From a virus (Duplodnaviria; Caudoviricetes): 56,279 nt of DNA. Under the pieces are notes generated by a model, which saw only the letters and a program-made list of their open reading frames with translations, made no database searches and had not been told where the DNA came from. Positions 55,576 through 56,279 of this stretch are shown in pieces (the stretch's first letter is position 1; every line of letters starts with the position of its first letter). Position numbers and translations under genes: made by a program. Location: IMG/VR virus record IMGVR_UViG_3300027365_000016, positions 1-56,279 of that record, one strand, 5' to 3'.

Positions 55576-55790
55576 CCATGGCCACCGGAACGTTTTTCAT
55601 CTTGCTTTCGGAACCAGCATTTAAAACCGCTGACGTTATAGGCGTTCACCACACTACGCGCCGGAAAGCGAACGACTATGCCGACCTGGCGGCGATTCGA
55701 CAGCACGTCGCCGACTTCCAGCGAGTCGAATCTATATCGCATACCGAATTGAAACAACGCCAGCGAAAAGGCTGGGATGTTTGCGCCTGA
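55572..55790 (+). CDS. hypothetical protein
   Basis: GGAGG RBS; ATGA overlap. Confidence 0.55.
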   Translation: MTMATGTFFILLSEPAFKTADVIGVHHTTRRKANDYADLAAIRQHVADFQRVESISHTELKQRQRKGWDVCA

Positions 55791-55819
55791 ACATTCAACC
55801 GAAGCGAGGACATTCAACA

Positions 55820-55954
55820 ATGGCAACCGTTACAGATGCACAAAAGGCCGAATTCTACCGGGGTTTTGTCGACGCGCTTCATCCGAAAGGAAATGCTTTC
55901 GAGCCGTACTTAGGTGACGACAGCCGGATTTATTGCGTCGGCATTGAATCCTGA
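55820..55954 (+). CDS. small hypothetical protein (44 aa, not in the ORF track)
   Basis: GAGGA RBS; MATVTDAQKAEFYRGF... Confidence 0.5.
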   Translation: MATVTDAQKAEFYRGFVDALHPKGNAFEPYLGDDSRIYCVGIES

Positions 55955-56000
55955 TTAGGTGCTAACGTGTACCTCGCCAACGGTACGCTAGGGTGCACCT

Positions 56001-56189
56001 ATGATAATTGGCGATTTGGTAATGGTCATCCTTGCGGTTTGCGAGCTCGCCCTTGCCGGTTACGTTGCTATCCAAGGGGGCACAATCCCCGCGGTTTTCC
56101 TGGCCTTGATAGGCTTGGGCATGCTGGCGTCTGGGACCAAAGGCATCAACCGCAAGGCAGAGCAAACCAGCGAGGAGAGAAACCGCTAA
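56001..56189 (+). CDS. small membrane protein
   Basis: Two hydrophobic segments. Confidence 0.5.
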   Translation: MIIGDLVMVILAVCELALAGYVAIQGGTIPAVFLALIGLGMLASGTKGINRKAEQTSEERNR

Positions 56190-56279
56190 CGAACTAAACC
56201 CTACATTCCCGCATATCCTTTCGGCGCCCATCGTGGCGCCTTTCTTTTGCGCGCTTGTCGCCCTGGCGTTGCCCCGGAT

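Larger units (their letters stand above)
1..56279. mobile_element. Temperate Chi/Nazgul-like siphophage genome, apparently near-complete and in non-integrated configuration
   Basis: Continuous phage gene set (primase, DUF2800/DUF2815/PolA/VRR-NUC/SNF2, lambda-like terminase/portal/S49/D/E, tail, integrase). No host housekeeping genes. xis and int flank an uninterrupted attP-like region. Confidence 0.9.

Noticed and set aside
1-56279. tRNA or rRNA genes
   Set aside because: No cloverleaf/T-loop or rRNA-like sequence was recognised in the intergenic gaps.

Overview
The window reads as one essentially complete, GC-rich temperate siphophage genome with a Chi/Nazgul-like (Casjensviridae-type) gene order. 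No host flanks are evident. From left to right it carries: a leftward operon with thyX; holin and spanins; a probable replication origin; primase-helicase; a divergent HTH switch; DUF2800 nuclease, SSB, family-A DNA polymerase, VRR-NUC and SNF2 helicase; a repressor; an M15 endolysin; dCMP deaminase; TerS-NADAR-DUF4326-TerL; lambda-like head genes; neck and tail genes with a GGGAAAG -1 frameshift; tape measure and tail tip. A complete diversity-generating retroelement (DGR) follows, with target/VR, hairpins, avd, TR and RT. After it come a leftward accessory block (DUF1643, rdgC, TraR-like), xis-attP-int and a lower-GC right-end block. The most novel signal is that the DGR target begins with an FN3-like domain lacking its first beta-strand. 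Tandem 13-residue copies of such a strand end the tail-tip protein (x3) and an unannotated 50-aa neck ORF (x2), which suggests a donor-strand docking system for displaying the hypervariable adhesin. Also notable are a genome-wide TCAAC-N5-GTTGA operator regulon, recurrent acidic FDL motifs in about 9 proteins, and lysis genes split over up to three loci. All family assignments come from motif recognition and synteny by eye; no searches were run.
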